Below, in pieces: positions 1 to 8,721 of a stretch of DNA of 64,000 nucleotides. Position 1 is the first letter of the stretch, and every line of letters begins with the position of its first letter. Below the pieces are notes generated by a model. The model saw only the letters and a list, made by a program, of their open reading frames with translations, ran no database searches and was not told the DNA's origin. The DNA comes from an uncultured Eubacteriales bacterium (GTDB lineage: Bacteria > Bacillota > Clostridia > Christensenellales > CAG-138). Where the stretch lies: assembly GCA_902789675.1 (NCBI GenBank), contig CADAPG010000002.1, forward strand, positions 10,327 through 74,326, in the 5' to 3' direction. The position numbers and the translations under genes were made by a program.

Positions 1-239
1 ACCAGAACGGCAACCTGGAAAACGTCGGCTACGCGGCGAACGGCAAGCTGTGCGTGTACAACGTCGACATGATGGAGGAGACGACCTCGATCCTTGCCCA
101 CGGCGCGGGCGCGATGACCAAGCGCGTGTTCGGTTCCGAGAACCGCGTGGAGCGCATTCCGAATCCGAAGGACGTGCCGACCTACGGCGCAAAGCTGGAT
201 ATCCTGGACGCCGCCAAAAGAAAGCTGTTTTTACCTTGA
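1..239 (+). CDS. 3' end of a radical-SAM HemZ/HemN-like (coproporphyrinogen dehydrogenase family) gene; the 5' part is outside the window (codon phase starts at nt 3)
   Basis: The frame is open from the window edge to TGA at 237-239. The tail ..GKLCVYNVDMMEETTSILAHGAGAMTKRVF..RVERIPNPKDV resembles HemZ-type C-termini (recalled, not searched). Confidence 0.45.
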   Translation, partial: QNGNLENVGYAANGKLCVYNVDMMEETTSILAHGAGAMTKRVFGSENRVERIPNPKDVPTYGAKLDILDAAKRKLFLP

Positions 240-245
240 TTTTGC

Positions 246-274
246 TTGACAATCAGGGATTGCGTGGGTATAAT
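246..274 (+). promoter_or_regulatory. sigma-70-type promoter of the hisS-aspS leader
   Basis: TTGACA (246-251), 17-nt spacer, TATAAT (269-274). Confidence 0.7.
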
Positions 275-284
275 AAGCGCAAAG

Positions 285-512
285 CGTTGAACGGAAGAGT
301 ACCCGCCGTATCGAACGAAAGAGAGCGCGTCCGCGGCTGAAAGACGTGCGGAGAGAGGACGGGGAAGGACAGCCGGAAGCTGCGTGCCGGAAGAAAAAGG
401 CATGCCGGAGACCCTTCGTTATCGGGGAAGAGCGCGCAGCAGCATGCTGCGAAACAGGGTGGCACCGCGGATCTTCCGTCCCTTTTGAGGGCGAAAGACC
501 GCGTTTTTTTCA
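285..512 (+). promoter_or_regulatory. T-box riboswitch leader controlling hisS-aspS; candidate specifier GAC (Asp) at 368-370
   Basis: AGAGA and GCTGAAAG stem I elements are present. The conserved T-box sequence AAACAGGGTGGCACCGCGG lies at 452-470 and overlaps the 5' arm of a terminator hairpin that ends in T7 (504-510). Confidence 0.85.
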
Positions 513-524
513 TAGGAGGTTTTT

Positions 525-1790
525 ATGGCATACAAAGCGCCGAAAGGCACCAAGGACGTTCTCCCGGAGGAGAGCTATCGCTGGCAGTATCTTGAGCGCA
601 CGATCCGCGGGATCGTCAGAAAGTACGGGCTTCTGGAAGCGCGTACCCCGTGCATCGAGCACACCGAGCTGTTTTTGCGCGGCGTGGGCGACACGACCGA
701 CATCGTGCAGAAGGAAATGTACACGTTCACCGACAAGGGCGACCGCAGCATTACGCTGAAGCCCGAGGGCACGGCAGGCGCGGTCCGCATGTTCGTGGAA
801 AACGGACTCTTTTCGGAAGCGCAGCCGACCAAGATGTATTATCTCTATTGCCCGGTGTTCCGCTATGAGCGCCCGCAGGCGGGACGGTTAAGAGAGCATC
901 ACCAGTTCGGCGTGGAGATCTTCGGATCCAATAGCCCCGCGGCGGACGCGGAGGTCATTTCGATCGCGTCGGAGATCTTTGAAACGCTCGGCTGCTCGGA
1001 TCTTACGATCAAGCTGAACAGCATCGGCTGTCCGAAGTGCCGCGCCCGCTATCAGCAGGCGCTGAAAGAGTATCTCGGCGGGCGGCTCGGCGAACTGTGC
1101 GAGACGTGCAGAGGCCGTTTTGAAACGAATCCGCTGCGCATCCTGGACTGCAAGGTCGATACCTGCAAGGAGATCGTCAAGGACGCGCCGCACACGATGG
1201 ACTATGTCTGCGACGACTGCCGCGCGCATATGAACGAGCTGATGCGGCTTCTGGACCTTGCAGGCATCCGCTACGAGATCGACCCGATGCTGGTGCGCGG
1301 ACTCGATTACTACACCAAGACGGTATTCGAGATCGTGTCCGGCATGCCGGGCGCGCAGGGCACGCTCTGCGGCGGCGGACGGTACGACGGTCTCATCAAG
1401 GAGCTCGGCGGTCCCGATATGCCCGCGGTCGGCTTCGGACTCGGTATGGAACGTCTGCTGCTCATCATGGACAAGCTCGGCGTCGACATTCCGAAGCCCG
1501 TACGTTACGACGTGATGCTGATCGGGCTCGGCAAGGACGCAAAGGACAAGTGCTTCACGCTGGCGCGGGATCTTCGCGCGCGCGGCGTTTCGGTTGATCT
1601 CGACCTCATGGACCGCAGCGTTAAGGCGCAGATGAAATATGCCGACAAGACCGGCGCGCTGTACACGCTCGTCATCGGCGAAGATGAGATGAACAACAAT
1701 GCCGCAAACCTGAAATCCATGCAGGGCGGCGATTCAATGATGGTACAACTGGATGCGGAAAGCATCGCGGATTCAATTCGGAGGGTATAA
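525..1790 (+). CDS. hisS: histidine--tRNA ligase
   Basis: 421 aa with an AGGAGG RBS. Class II HisRS motifs are present (FRYERPQAGRLREHHQFG, GGGRYDGL). Confidence 0.95.
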   Translation: MAYKAPKGTKDVLPEESYRWQYLERTIRGIVRKYGLLEARTPCIEHTELFLRGVGDTTDIVQKEMYTFTDKGDRSITLKPEGTAGAVRMFVENGLFSEAQPTKMYYLYCPVFRYERPQAGRLREHHQFGVEIFGSNSPAADAEVISIASEIFETLGCSDLTIKLNSIGCPKCRARYQQALKEYLGGRLGELCETCRGRFETNPLRILDCKVDTCKEIVKDAPHTMDYVCDDCRAHMNELMRLLDLAGIRYEIDPMLVRGLDYYTKTVFEIVSGMPGAQGTLCGGGRYDGLIKELGGPDMPAVGFGLGMERLLLIMDKLGVDIPKPVRYDVMLIGLGKDAKDKCFTLARDLRARGVSVDLDLMDRSVKAQMKYADKTGALYTLVIGEDEMNNNAANLKSMQGGDSMMVQLDAESIADSIRRV

Positions 1791-1792
1791 CA

Positions 1793-3586
1793 ATGGGAGA
1801 ATTTTTGAGTGGATGGAAGCGTACGTGCTACTGCACGGCGCTCGGCAAGGAAGACGTCGGCAGGGAAGTCACGCTGATGGGCTGGACGAACGTCCGCCGC
1901 GACCTCGGCGCGCTGATCTTTGTGCAGCTTCGTGACCGCACGGGGCTCATGCAAATCGTGTTTGACTCCTCGACACTTTCAAAGGAGGACTTCGATCGCG
2001 CAAGCACGATCCGGTCCGAATACGTGCTTGCCGTCAAGGGCGTACTCGAGGCGCGCACCGGCAACATGATCAACCCGAACATGAAGACCGGCGAGGTCGA
2101 AGTGAAGGTGAAGGAGTTCAAGATCCTGAGCACCGCCGAAACGCCGCCGATCGACACGGGCGACGATTGCAACGCGGGCGAGCTTTTGCGCCTGAAGTAC
2201 CGCTATCTGGACCTTCGCCGTCCGTGCATGCAGCGGAACCTCATGATGCGCAACGAGATCACGCGCATCACGCACGAATACTTTGCGGAAAACGGCTTTT
2301 TGGAGATCGAAACGCCGATGCTCACCAAGAGCACGCCGGAAGGCGCGCGCGACTACCTCGTGCCGAGCCGCGTCCATCCGGGCAGCTTCTATGCGCTGCC
2401 GCAGAGCCCGCAGCTCTTTAAGCAGCTTTTAATGCTTAGTGGCTTCGACCGCTACATGCAGATTGCCCGCTGCTTCCGCGACGAGGACCTTCGCGCAGAC
2501 CGTCAGCCGGACTTTACGCAGATTGACCTTGAAATGTCGTTTGTCGAAGCCGACGACGTCATGGCGATGAACGAGGGTTTCATCAAGCGCCTTTTTAAGG
2601 AAACGCTGGACTTCGACGTGCAGCTTCCGCTGCCGCGCATCACCTGGCAGGACGCGATGGACCGCTACGGCTCCGATAAGCCCGATACGCGCTTCGGCAT
2701 GGAGCTGAAGGACCTGTCCGAATGTGTCAAGAATTGCGGCTTCTCCGTGTTCAAAAACGCGCTTGATAACGGCGGCAGCGTCCGCTGCATTGTCGCAAAG
2801 GGCGCGACGGCGCACTTCTCCCGTAAGGAGATCGACGCACTCGGCGAGTTTGTCAAGACCTATAAGGCGAAAGGCCTTGCGTGGATGAACTGGAAGCCCG
2901 AAGGCCTGCAGTCTCCGATCGCGAAGTTCCTCACCGGGGAAGAGCTTGAAGCGATCAAGGCGAAGGCAGACTTTGAGCCCGGCGACGTCATGTTCATCGT
3001 CGCGGACAAGAACCCGGTCGTCTGGGCAGCGCTCGGCGCGCTGCGTCTGAAGCTCGGCGACAAGCTGGGACTCATCGACCCGAAGAAGTTCAACCTCCTG
3101 TGGGTCGTCGAATTCCCGCTCCTGGAGTGGAGCGAGGAGGAGAACCGCTTCGTTGCAATGCACCATCCGTTCACAAGCCCGATGGACGAGGACCTTCCGC
3201 TGCTGGACACCGATCCCGGCAAGGTCCGCGCCAAGGCGTACGATATCGTGCTGAACGGCAACGAGATCGGCGGCGGCTCGATCCGTATCCATTCGACCGA
3301 GCTGCAGAGCAAGATGTTCGAGGTCATCGGACTTAGTAAAGAACAGGCGGAAGCGCGGTTCAAGTTCCTCTTGGAGGCATTGAAGTACGGCACGCCGCCG
3401 CACGGCGGACTGGCATACGGGCTCGATCGCGTGACCATGCTGATCTGCGGCGCGCAGTCGATCCGCGACGTCATCGCGTTCCCGAAGGTGCAGAACGCAT
3501 CCTGCCCGCTGACGAACGCGCCGGATCCGGTCGACGCAAAACAGCTTGCGGAGCTGCATATCGCAGTCGTTCCCGAGGAAGAATGA
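1793..3586 (+). CDS. aspS: aspartate--tRNA ligase
   Basis: 597 aa, starting 2 nt after hisS. AspRS motifs are present (FYALPQSPQLFKQLLM, CFRDEDLRADRQPDFTQID, GGGSIRIH). Confidence 0.95.
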   Translation: MGEFLSGWKRTCYCTALGKEDVGREVTLMGWTNVRRDLGALIFVQLRDRTGLMQIVFDSSTLSKEDFDRASTIRSEYVLAVKGVLEARTGNMINPNMKTGEVEVKVKEFKILSTAETPPIDTGDDCNAGELLRLKYRYLDLRRPCMQRNLMMRNEITRITHEYFAENGFLEIETPMLTKSTPEGARDYLVPSRVHPGSFYALPQSPQLFKQLLMLSGFDRYMQIARCFRDEDLRADRQPDFTQIDLEMSFVEADDVMAMNEGFIKRLFKETLDFDVQLPLPRITWQDAMDRYGSDKPDTRFGMELKDLSECVKNCGFSVFKNALDNGGSVRCIVAKGATAHFSRKEIDALGEFVKTYKAKGLAWMNWKPEGLQSPIAKFLTGEELEAIKAKADFEPGDVMFIVADKNPVVWAALGALRLKLGDKLGLIDPKKFNLLWVVEFPLLEWSEEENRFVAMHHPFTSPMDEDLPLLDTDPGKVRAKAYDIVLNGNEIGGGSIRIHSTELQSKMFEVIGLSKEQAEARFKFLLEALKYGTPPHGGLAYGLDRVTMLICGAQSIRDVIAFPKVQNASCPLTNAPDPVDAKQLAELHIAVVPEEE

Positions 3587-3613
3587 AAGCAGAACCCTGA
3601 AAGGAGAACAGCT

Positions 3614-3931
3614 ATGGCAATCATCACTGGCACAAAGGAAAACTTCAACGAAGTCATCAACGGCGAGCTTCCCGTTCTGGTCGATTTCTGGGCGACGTGG
3701 TGCGGTCCGTGCCGCATGGTCAGCCCGTTTATCGAGCAGCTTGCGGATGAATACGAAGGCAAGGTCGCATTCATGAAGGTCAACGTCGACGAACAGCCTG
3801 AGCTCTGCGAAAAGTACCGTGTGAGCTCGATCCCGAATCTCGTTCTGTTCAAGGACGGCGACGTGCTCGATCAGAGCGCGGGCGCGCGCCCGAAGGCGCT
3901 GATCGCGCAGTTTATCGAACAGGCTCTGTAA
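3614..3931 (+). CDS. trxA: thioredoxin
   Basis: 105 aa with the WCGPC active site and an AAAGGAG RBS. Confidence 0.95.
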   Translation: MAIITGTKENFNEVINGELPVLVDFWATWCGPCRMVSPFIEQLADEYEGKVAFMKVNVDEQPELCEKYRVSSIPNLVLFKDGDVLDQSAGARPKALIAQFIEQAL

Positions 3932-3939
3932 ACCGCGCA

Positions 3940-4821
3940 ATGCGCAGAAAGCGGAGAATCGTCATCATCGCAATCGTCGCAGCCGCACTGCTTTTGCTGA
4001 CTTTGTCGGCATTGGATACGCGGCTGCGCGTTGTTTCCTATACGGTTTCGGACGCGCGGATCGAAACGCCGGTCAAAATCGTGCTGATCGCCGATCTGCA
4101 TTCCTGTAAATACGGCGAGGGGCAGAAGACGCTGCTGGACGCGATCGACGCGCAGACGCCGGATCTTGTGCTGCTTTGCGGCGACGTCTTCGACGACGAC
4201 GTTTCGAACGACAACACGATGACGGTCCTGAAACACGTTTCCGAACGCTATCGGTGCTTCTATGTTTCCGGCAATCACGAGTATTGGCACGAGGATCCCG
4301 AAGCGCTGTTCGGCGCTGTCCGCTCCCTCGGTATTCCGATCCTGCACGGAACCTGCGAAACGGTCCCGGTCGGGCAAACGACGCTGAATCTCTGCGGGAT
4401 CGCGGATCCGGCTTGCGCGGAGATCGGACTGGATATGACCGAAGTGGAACAGCGGAACGCGGCAAGGGAAGCGATAACGGCGGAACAGCTGCAATCGGCA
4501 ATTGACGCCGCAGAGGACGGACATTACACGGTCCTGCTTGCGCACCGTCCGGAACTGATCGAAACCTACGCGCAGTACGGCTTCGATCTGGTCGTATCGG
4601 GGCACGCGCACGGCGGACAGGTCCGGATCCCGGGGCTTGTGAACGGTCTGTTCTCGTCGGGCGAACGGTGGTTCCCGAAGTATGCGGGCGGGGAATACCG
4701 GGTCGACGACACCGTGATGATCGTGAGCCGCGGGCTTTCGCGTGAGGCGATCCGACATGTGCCGCGCATCTGGAACCGTCCGGAACTGGTCGTGATCGAG
4801 CTGCAGCCCGCACGACCGTGA
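3940..4821 (+). CDS. membrane-anchored metallophosphoesterase (YkuE-like)
   Basis: N-terminal TM helix. Calcineurin-like motifs are present: DLHS, GDVFDD, GNHE, SGHAHGGQ. Confidence 0.8.
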   Translation: MRRKRRIVIIAIVAAALLLLTLSALDTRLRVVSYTVSDARIETPVKIVLIADLHSCKYGEGQKTLLDAIDAQTPDLVLLCGDVFDDDVSNDNTMTVLKHVSERYRCFYVSGNHEYWHEDPEALFGAVRSLGIPILHGTCETVPVGQTTLNLCGIADPACAEIGLDMTEVEQRNAAREAITAEQLQSAIDAAEDGHYTVLLAHRPELIETYAQYGFDLVVSGHAHGGQVRIPGLVNGLFSSGERWFPKYAGGEYRVDDTVMIVSRGLSREAIRHVPRIWNRPELVVIELQPARP

Positions 4822-5441
4822 AAACCATGCAAAGGAACGGCAACGGTATGATCTACGATATTTCACAGCCGGTGTTCGGCTGCGCAATCTACCCGGGCGA
4901 TCCGAGCCCGGAAAAGACGATGCTCTCGCGGTTGGAAGACGGGGAAGTGTGCAATCTTTCCGCGTTCTCGATGTGCGCGCACAACGGCACGCACGTCGAT
5001 GCGCCGCTGCATTTTTTGAAGGGCGGCAAGGGCGTCGGCTCCGTTGCGCTTACAAAGTTCGTCGGACCCGCGTATGTGGGAACGATGGAAGGCGACGTCG
5101 GCGCAGAGGAGGCAAAGGCGCTGCTTGAAACGGCGGCAAGGACCTATCCTGGAGCGGAACGGCGCATTCTGATCCGGGGAAACGCAACGGTCACGCTTGA
5201 AGCGGCGGAGGTGTTCGCAAAGGCGGGGATCGATCTCGTCGGCAACGAGTCGCAGACCGTGGGACCCATGGACGCGCCGATGACGGTGCATCTTGCGCTG
5301 CTTTCCGCGGAGGTCGTGCTCCTGGAAGGCGTTCGCCTTTCGGCAGTGCCGGACGGCGCGTATCTTTTGAACTGCGCGCCGCTGAATCTCGGCGAAACCG
5401 ACGGCGCGCCGTGCCGCGCGATCCTCTTGGACCTGAACTGA
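4818..5441 (+). CDS. cyclase / arylformamidase (kynurenine formamidase-like) family protein
   Basis: HNGTHVDAPLHF motif. The start is uncertain: GTG 4818 overlaps the upstream stop, and ATG 4848 (MIYDISQP..) is an alternative. Confidence 0.75.
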   Translation: MKTMQRNGNGMIYDISQPVFGCAIYPGDPSPEKTMLSRLEDGEVCNLSAFSMCAHNGTHVDAPLHFLKGGKGVGSVALTKFVGPAYVGTMEGDVGAEEAKALLETAARTYPGAERRILIRGNATVTLEAAEVFAKAGIDLVGNESQTVGPMDAPMTVHLALLSAEVVLLEGVRLSAVPDGAYLLNCAPLNLGETDGAPCRAILLDLN

Positions 5442-5450
5442 ACCAAAACA

Positions 5451-5484
5451 AAAAACGGGGGAGGCAAGCGCCTCTCCCGTTTGC
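5451..5484. terminator. bidirectional intrinsic terminator between convergent genes
   Basis: A 10-bp GC stem (5456-5465 / 5470-5479) is flanked by an A-run and a T-run. Confidence 0.7.
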
Positions 5485-5486
5485 GT

Positions 5487-6158
5487 TTACCAGATAAAGG
5501 GGATCACCTTGTATCTCACGCGTGTTTTGTATGCCTTGTAGCCATCCAATCCTTTTTCAAGTACCTGTTCCTCGTTTTTCATGCGCAGCGCAATGATCGG
5601 GATATACAGGAGCAGGATCGCGACCGAGATCGGCGAGCCGAGCACGATCCCCATGGACAGAAACAGAAACAGCGTGGCGCTGTACATCGGATGCCGCACG
5701 ATCCCGTAGAGCCCGGTGTCGATGACCTTCTGGTTCTCCTGCACCTCGACTGTCCGCGAAAGATAGGTGTTTTCCCGCAGGACCTCCGCATACATGAGAT
5801 ACGCGGCAAGGAAGACGCAGACGCCGATCCAAACCGCCCACGCGGGCAGCACGATCCATTGAAAGCGGAAGTTCAGCCCGGCAACGATGAACGCGGCAAG
5901 GAACATCAGCCCGGACAGTGCGATCACCGTCTTCTGTTCCTGTTCTTCTTCCTTGGCGTTCAGACGCTTCCTGAGAAGCTCCGGGTTTTTGAACATCATC
6001 ACGATCCCGGCGATAAACATCGGCACAAACAAAATGCCGAGAAACAGCCATCCGTTCCAGTACTTCAGAGACCACGCGGGCAGAAACAGGAGAAGCCCGA
6101 TAAGAACGAGACCGAACAGGAATTTCACGATCGCCTGAACAAAGAGCTTTGCCGTCAT
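5487..6158 (-). CDS. isoprenylcysteine carboxyl / phospholipid methyltransferase-family membrane protein
   Basis: 223 aa, multi-TM, with a GLYGIVRHPMYSA motif typical of the ICMT/PEMT family. Confidence 0.75.
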   Translation of the reverse strand: MTAKLFVQAIVKFLFGLVLIGLLLFLPAWSLKYWNGWLFLGILFVPMFIAGIVMMFKNPELLRKRLNAKEEEQEQKTVIALSGLMFLAAFIVAGLNFRFQWIVLPAWAVWIGVCVFLAAYLMYAEVLRENTYLSRTVEVQENQKVIDTGLYGIVRHPMYSATLFLFLSMGIVLGSPISVAILLLYIPIIALRMKNEEQVLEKGLDGYKAYKTRVRYKVIPFIW

Positions 6159-6162
6159 ATCG

Positions 6163-6636
6163 TCACCTCATACAGATCATCCGGATCTCCATCGCGCCGA
6201 CGGAGGGAAGGTGCTTTTCTTCGCCGGTCGCCGAAAAGCCGCATTTTTCATAGAAGCGGATCGCGCGCGGGTTTTCTTTCAATACCCAAAGCCCGATCTT
6301 GGGGTAAGCGGATAGCTTTTCCGCCGCCGCGCGCATCAGCAGCTGCGCAACGCCGGTTCCCCGGTATTCCTTCAAAACGTACAGCGCAAAGAGCTCACCG
6401 GTAGAGGGATCCGCTTCGCCGTATCCCGCAAAGCCTACGACGTGCTCGCCGTCCTTTGCGATGAGAATGCTGTCCCGCCATTGGAACGCCATCTGTTCGC
6501 ATTTTTCAAGCGTCAGCTTTTCAAGATACGCCGCGCTGACGATCCCCGCGTACGCCTCGTGCCAGCAGGACCAATGCACGTACGCTTTGCCGCGGATCTC
6601 CGGATCGTTTTCCATTTTTCTGATAATGATCTGCAT
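6163..6636 (-). CDS. GNAT family N-acetyltransferase
   Basis: 157 aa with the acetyl-CoA loop YRGTGVAQLLM. Confidence 0.85.
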   Translation of the reverse strand: MQIIIRKMENDPEIRGKAYVHWSCWHEAYAGIVSAAYLEKLTLEKCEQMAFQWRDSILIAKDGEHVVGFAGYGEADPSTGELFALYVLKEYRGTGVAQLLMRAAAEKLSAYPKIGLWVLKENPRAIRFYEKCGFSATGEEKHLPSVGAMEIRMICMR

Positions 6637-6648
6637 ATATTACTCCGA

Positions 6649-7254
6649 TCAATCCGTTGCGGAAGCAAACAACGCAACATAGCGGTCCAAATGCAAATCG
6701 TACACAGTCCAGCACGAAGCGCCCCACCATTCGTGACCTGCGTCGAAATAGTTCGACCAGTTCGTGGTCCATTCATACACTTCAAGCGCATCGGCGCCCT
6801 GCGGAAACAGTGCGGCGTTGATTTCGCGCAGATCATCCGGCGTGTCATGCGTTCCGTGCGGCGGCTCCAGAAAGGCGTACCAATACGGGATACGACCGCC
6901 GCAATTCTCATCATTCGGCGTCCAGTCGGAGTCGTAGAACACCACTCCGTTCCGGTCCGTGCGCAGGATCTTCGGCACAAACAAAAACGCGGCGGGATTG
7001 ATCGGCGCAGCTTCCGCCTTTGCGATATCGAGTGTCCATGGGAACAGCGGCATGGGAACGTTCCATTTCGCTTCCGTTTCAAGGTCCTCCTCAATGCTTC
7101 GCTCGATCATCTTCAACATTGCATACAGCACCGCGTCCCGGTGCGACGGCTCGCCTCGATGCGGCGCGCCGCTTTCCATGATGCAGTAGCTGACAACGCA
7201 CCGGTCGTGCTTTTTGATCAATTCATAGAACGGATCGTTTATGCATTCCCGCAT
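6649..7254 (-). CDS. hypothetical protein (Trp-rich, no motif recognised)
   Basis: 201-aa ORF with coding-like composition, co-directional with and closely spaced to its neighbours. No family recognised by eye. Confidence 0.6.
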   Translation of the reverse strand: MRECINDPFYELIKKHDRCVVSYCIMESGAPHRGEPSHRDAVLYAMLKMIERSIEEDLETEAKWNVPMPLFPWTLDIAKAEAAPINPAAFLFVPKILRTDRNGVVFYDSDWTPNDENCGGRIPYWYAFLEPPHGTHDTPDDLREINAALFPQGADALEVYEWTTNWSNYFDAGHEWWGASCWTVYDLHLDRYVALFASATD

Positions 7255-7312
7255 TTCGTTCTCCTTTCTTAGACACTGAGACTGTTTTTCTTGCGGCGAT
7301 TATCTGCAGGCG

Positions 7313-7772
7313 TTATCGCTCTCTTTCGATCACCTTGTCCGGGTATGCGCTGAGGATCTTTTTGATCTCCGCGAGATTGACCCGCTCGTATTTGTCCGCC
7401 CATTGCAAAAGCGCCGAGAGCGATTTCAGCGTTTCCCGCTTGCCGGGCTCCAGACCGAGCTTTCTGCGGATGAACCGCCGGATGATCCTGCGCCGGTATA
7501 CGCGGCGGGGGACCTCCAGAAGATAGATCCGATCCGCTTCCGCAAAACAGCGTCCGCGCCATGCGTAGTAGACGCCTTCGATGATCCAATCATCCTTGGA
7601 TAGAAGCTGCGCCAAAAGCGCGTCGCGCTCGCTCGGATCGCGTTTCGTGCCGTAGCCGGCACCGTTGTCCCATTGGAGATCGTCAAGGTCGCGGGATCTG
7701 AAGCTCTTCGGAAAGCTGCTTTGCAAGCGTGGTCTTACCGCTGCCCGGACCGCCAATGATGTGGATTTTCAT
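7313..7772 (-). pseudogene. frameshifted P-loop kinase-like gene (adenylate-kinase fold, FlaR / topology-modulation-like AAA ATPase)
   Basis: ATG at 7772 with RBS AGGAGAGG encodes MKIHIIGGPGSGKTTLAKQLSEELQIPRP, then a stop at 7685-7683. The rest of the homologous protein (..DLDDLQWDNG..WIIEGVYY..) continues in another frame down to 7313. The total span is 460 nt, which is not a multiple of 3. Confidence 0.65.
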
Positions 7773-7782
7773 GAGCCTCTCC

Positions 7783-8241
7783 TTACCTCAGCGACATCAC
7801 ATAGATCTGGCAGGGATTGCGTTCGTCCCACAGCGTCGGGAAGACCTCAAATTCTTTGAATCCGAGGGCAAGATAAAACATGTTCGTGCGGTCGTATTCC
7901 TCGTATTTGCCCATCTGCACGGTTTTCACCTGCAGAAAGGAATAGCCGTGTTCGACGGCGATTTCCTTTGCAGCTTCAAAGAGCTTCGTGCCGATCCCTT
8001 TCCGGTGGTATTCCGGAAGAACGCCCATGACCGCCAGCTCGACGGTATCCCTTCCGGTCTCTTTGAGACACAGAAACCCGTTCGGCTCGCCGTTATCAAA
8101 GGATGCAACCATCATTTCGTCCACGCTTTCCCCGATATAGGTCTCCCGCGCCTCGGGAATGCCGAACCAATCGGTCAGCGATTCCAGAATCAACCGCGCG
8201 ATTCTGCGCTTTTCTTCCGCGTCGCAAACGATCCGTATCAT
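7783..8241 (-). CDS. GNAT family N-acetyltransferase
   Basis: 152 aa with the motif YHRKGIGTKLFEAA. Confidence 0.85.
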   Translation of the reverse strand: MIRIVCDAEEKRRIARLILESLTDWFGIPEARETYIGESVDEMMVASFDNGEPNGFLCLKETGRDTVELAVMGVLPEYHRKGIGTKLFEAAKEIAVEHGYSFLQVKTVQMGKYEEYDRTNMFYLALGFKEFEVFPTLWDERNPCQIYVMSLR

Positions 8242-8253
8242 ACAAACCTCCGA

Positions 8254-8721
8254 TTACCGACGGATAAACAGCGGCATGCCGTATTCGTCGACGCCGTTTT
8301 CCGTGAAGCCGAGCGATTTCCAGAACCGCACGGATTCCGGCTTTTCGCTGTTGATCTCATAACAGTTCGCACCGTCCGCTTTCGTATAGCGCTCCAGCGC
8401 GGCAAAGCAGCGGTGTCCCGTGCCGTTTCCGCGGAAGGCGGGGAAGACCCAGAAATCGAGGATGAAGCATTTGCCGCCCTCACTTTCGTAGGTGCAGTAC
8501 GAAGCCGCGCCGATGCGTTCCCCGTCGCGCACAAAATAAACGATGTGATGTCGGTCGCGGTCCCGCCGCATATGCGCTTCGATGATCCCGCGGTACTCGT
8601 CCCCGGAGAAGTATTCGACGTCCTCCTCGTCCGAGATGATCCCGTCGTTTTGGAGATAGCGGATATGCGCGTCCCAGAACGCGGGAAGCTCCTTGGGTCC
8701 GATTTCTTCGATCTGAATCAT
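8254..8721 (-). CDS. GNAT family N-acetyltransferase
   Basis: Motif FRGNGTGHRCFAAL. The start is chosen at ATG 8721 (MIQIEEIG), which overlaps the upstream stop as ATGA. Confidence 0.8.
   Translation of the reverse strand: MIQIEEIGPKELPAFWDAHIRYLQNDGIISDEEDVEYFSGDEYRGIIEAHMRRDRDRHHIVYFVRDGERIGAASYCTYESEGGKCFILDFWVFPAFRGNGTGHRCFAALERYTKADGANCYEINSEKPESVRFWKSLGFTENGVDEYGMPLFIRR

Noticed and set aside
5481-6404. 307-aa plus-strand ORF opposite the ICMT-like and GNAT genes
   Set aside because: It has a His/Arg/Asp/Gln-rich non-protein-like composition. The minus-strand genes carry family motifs.
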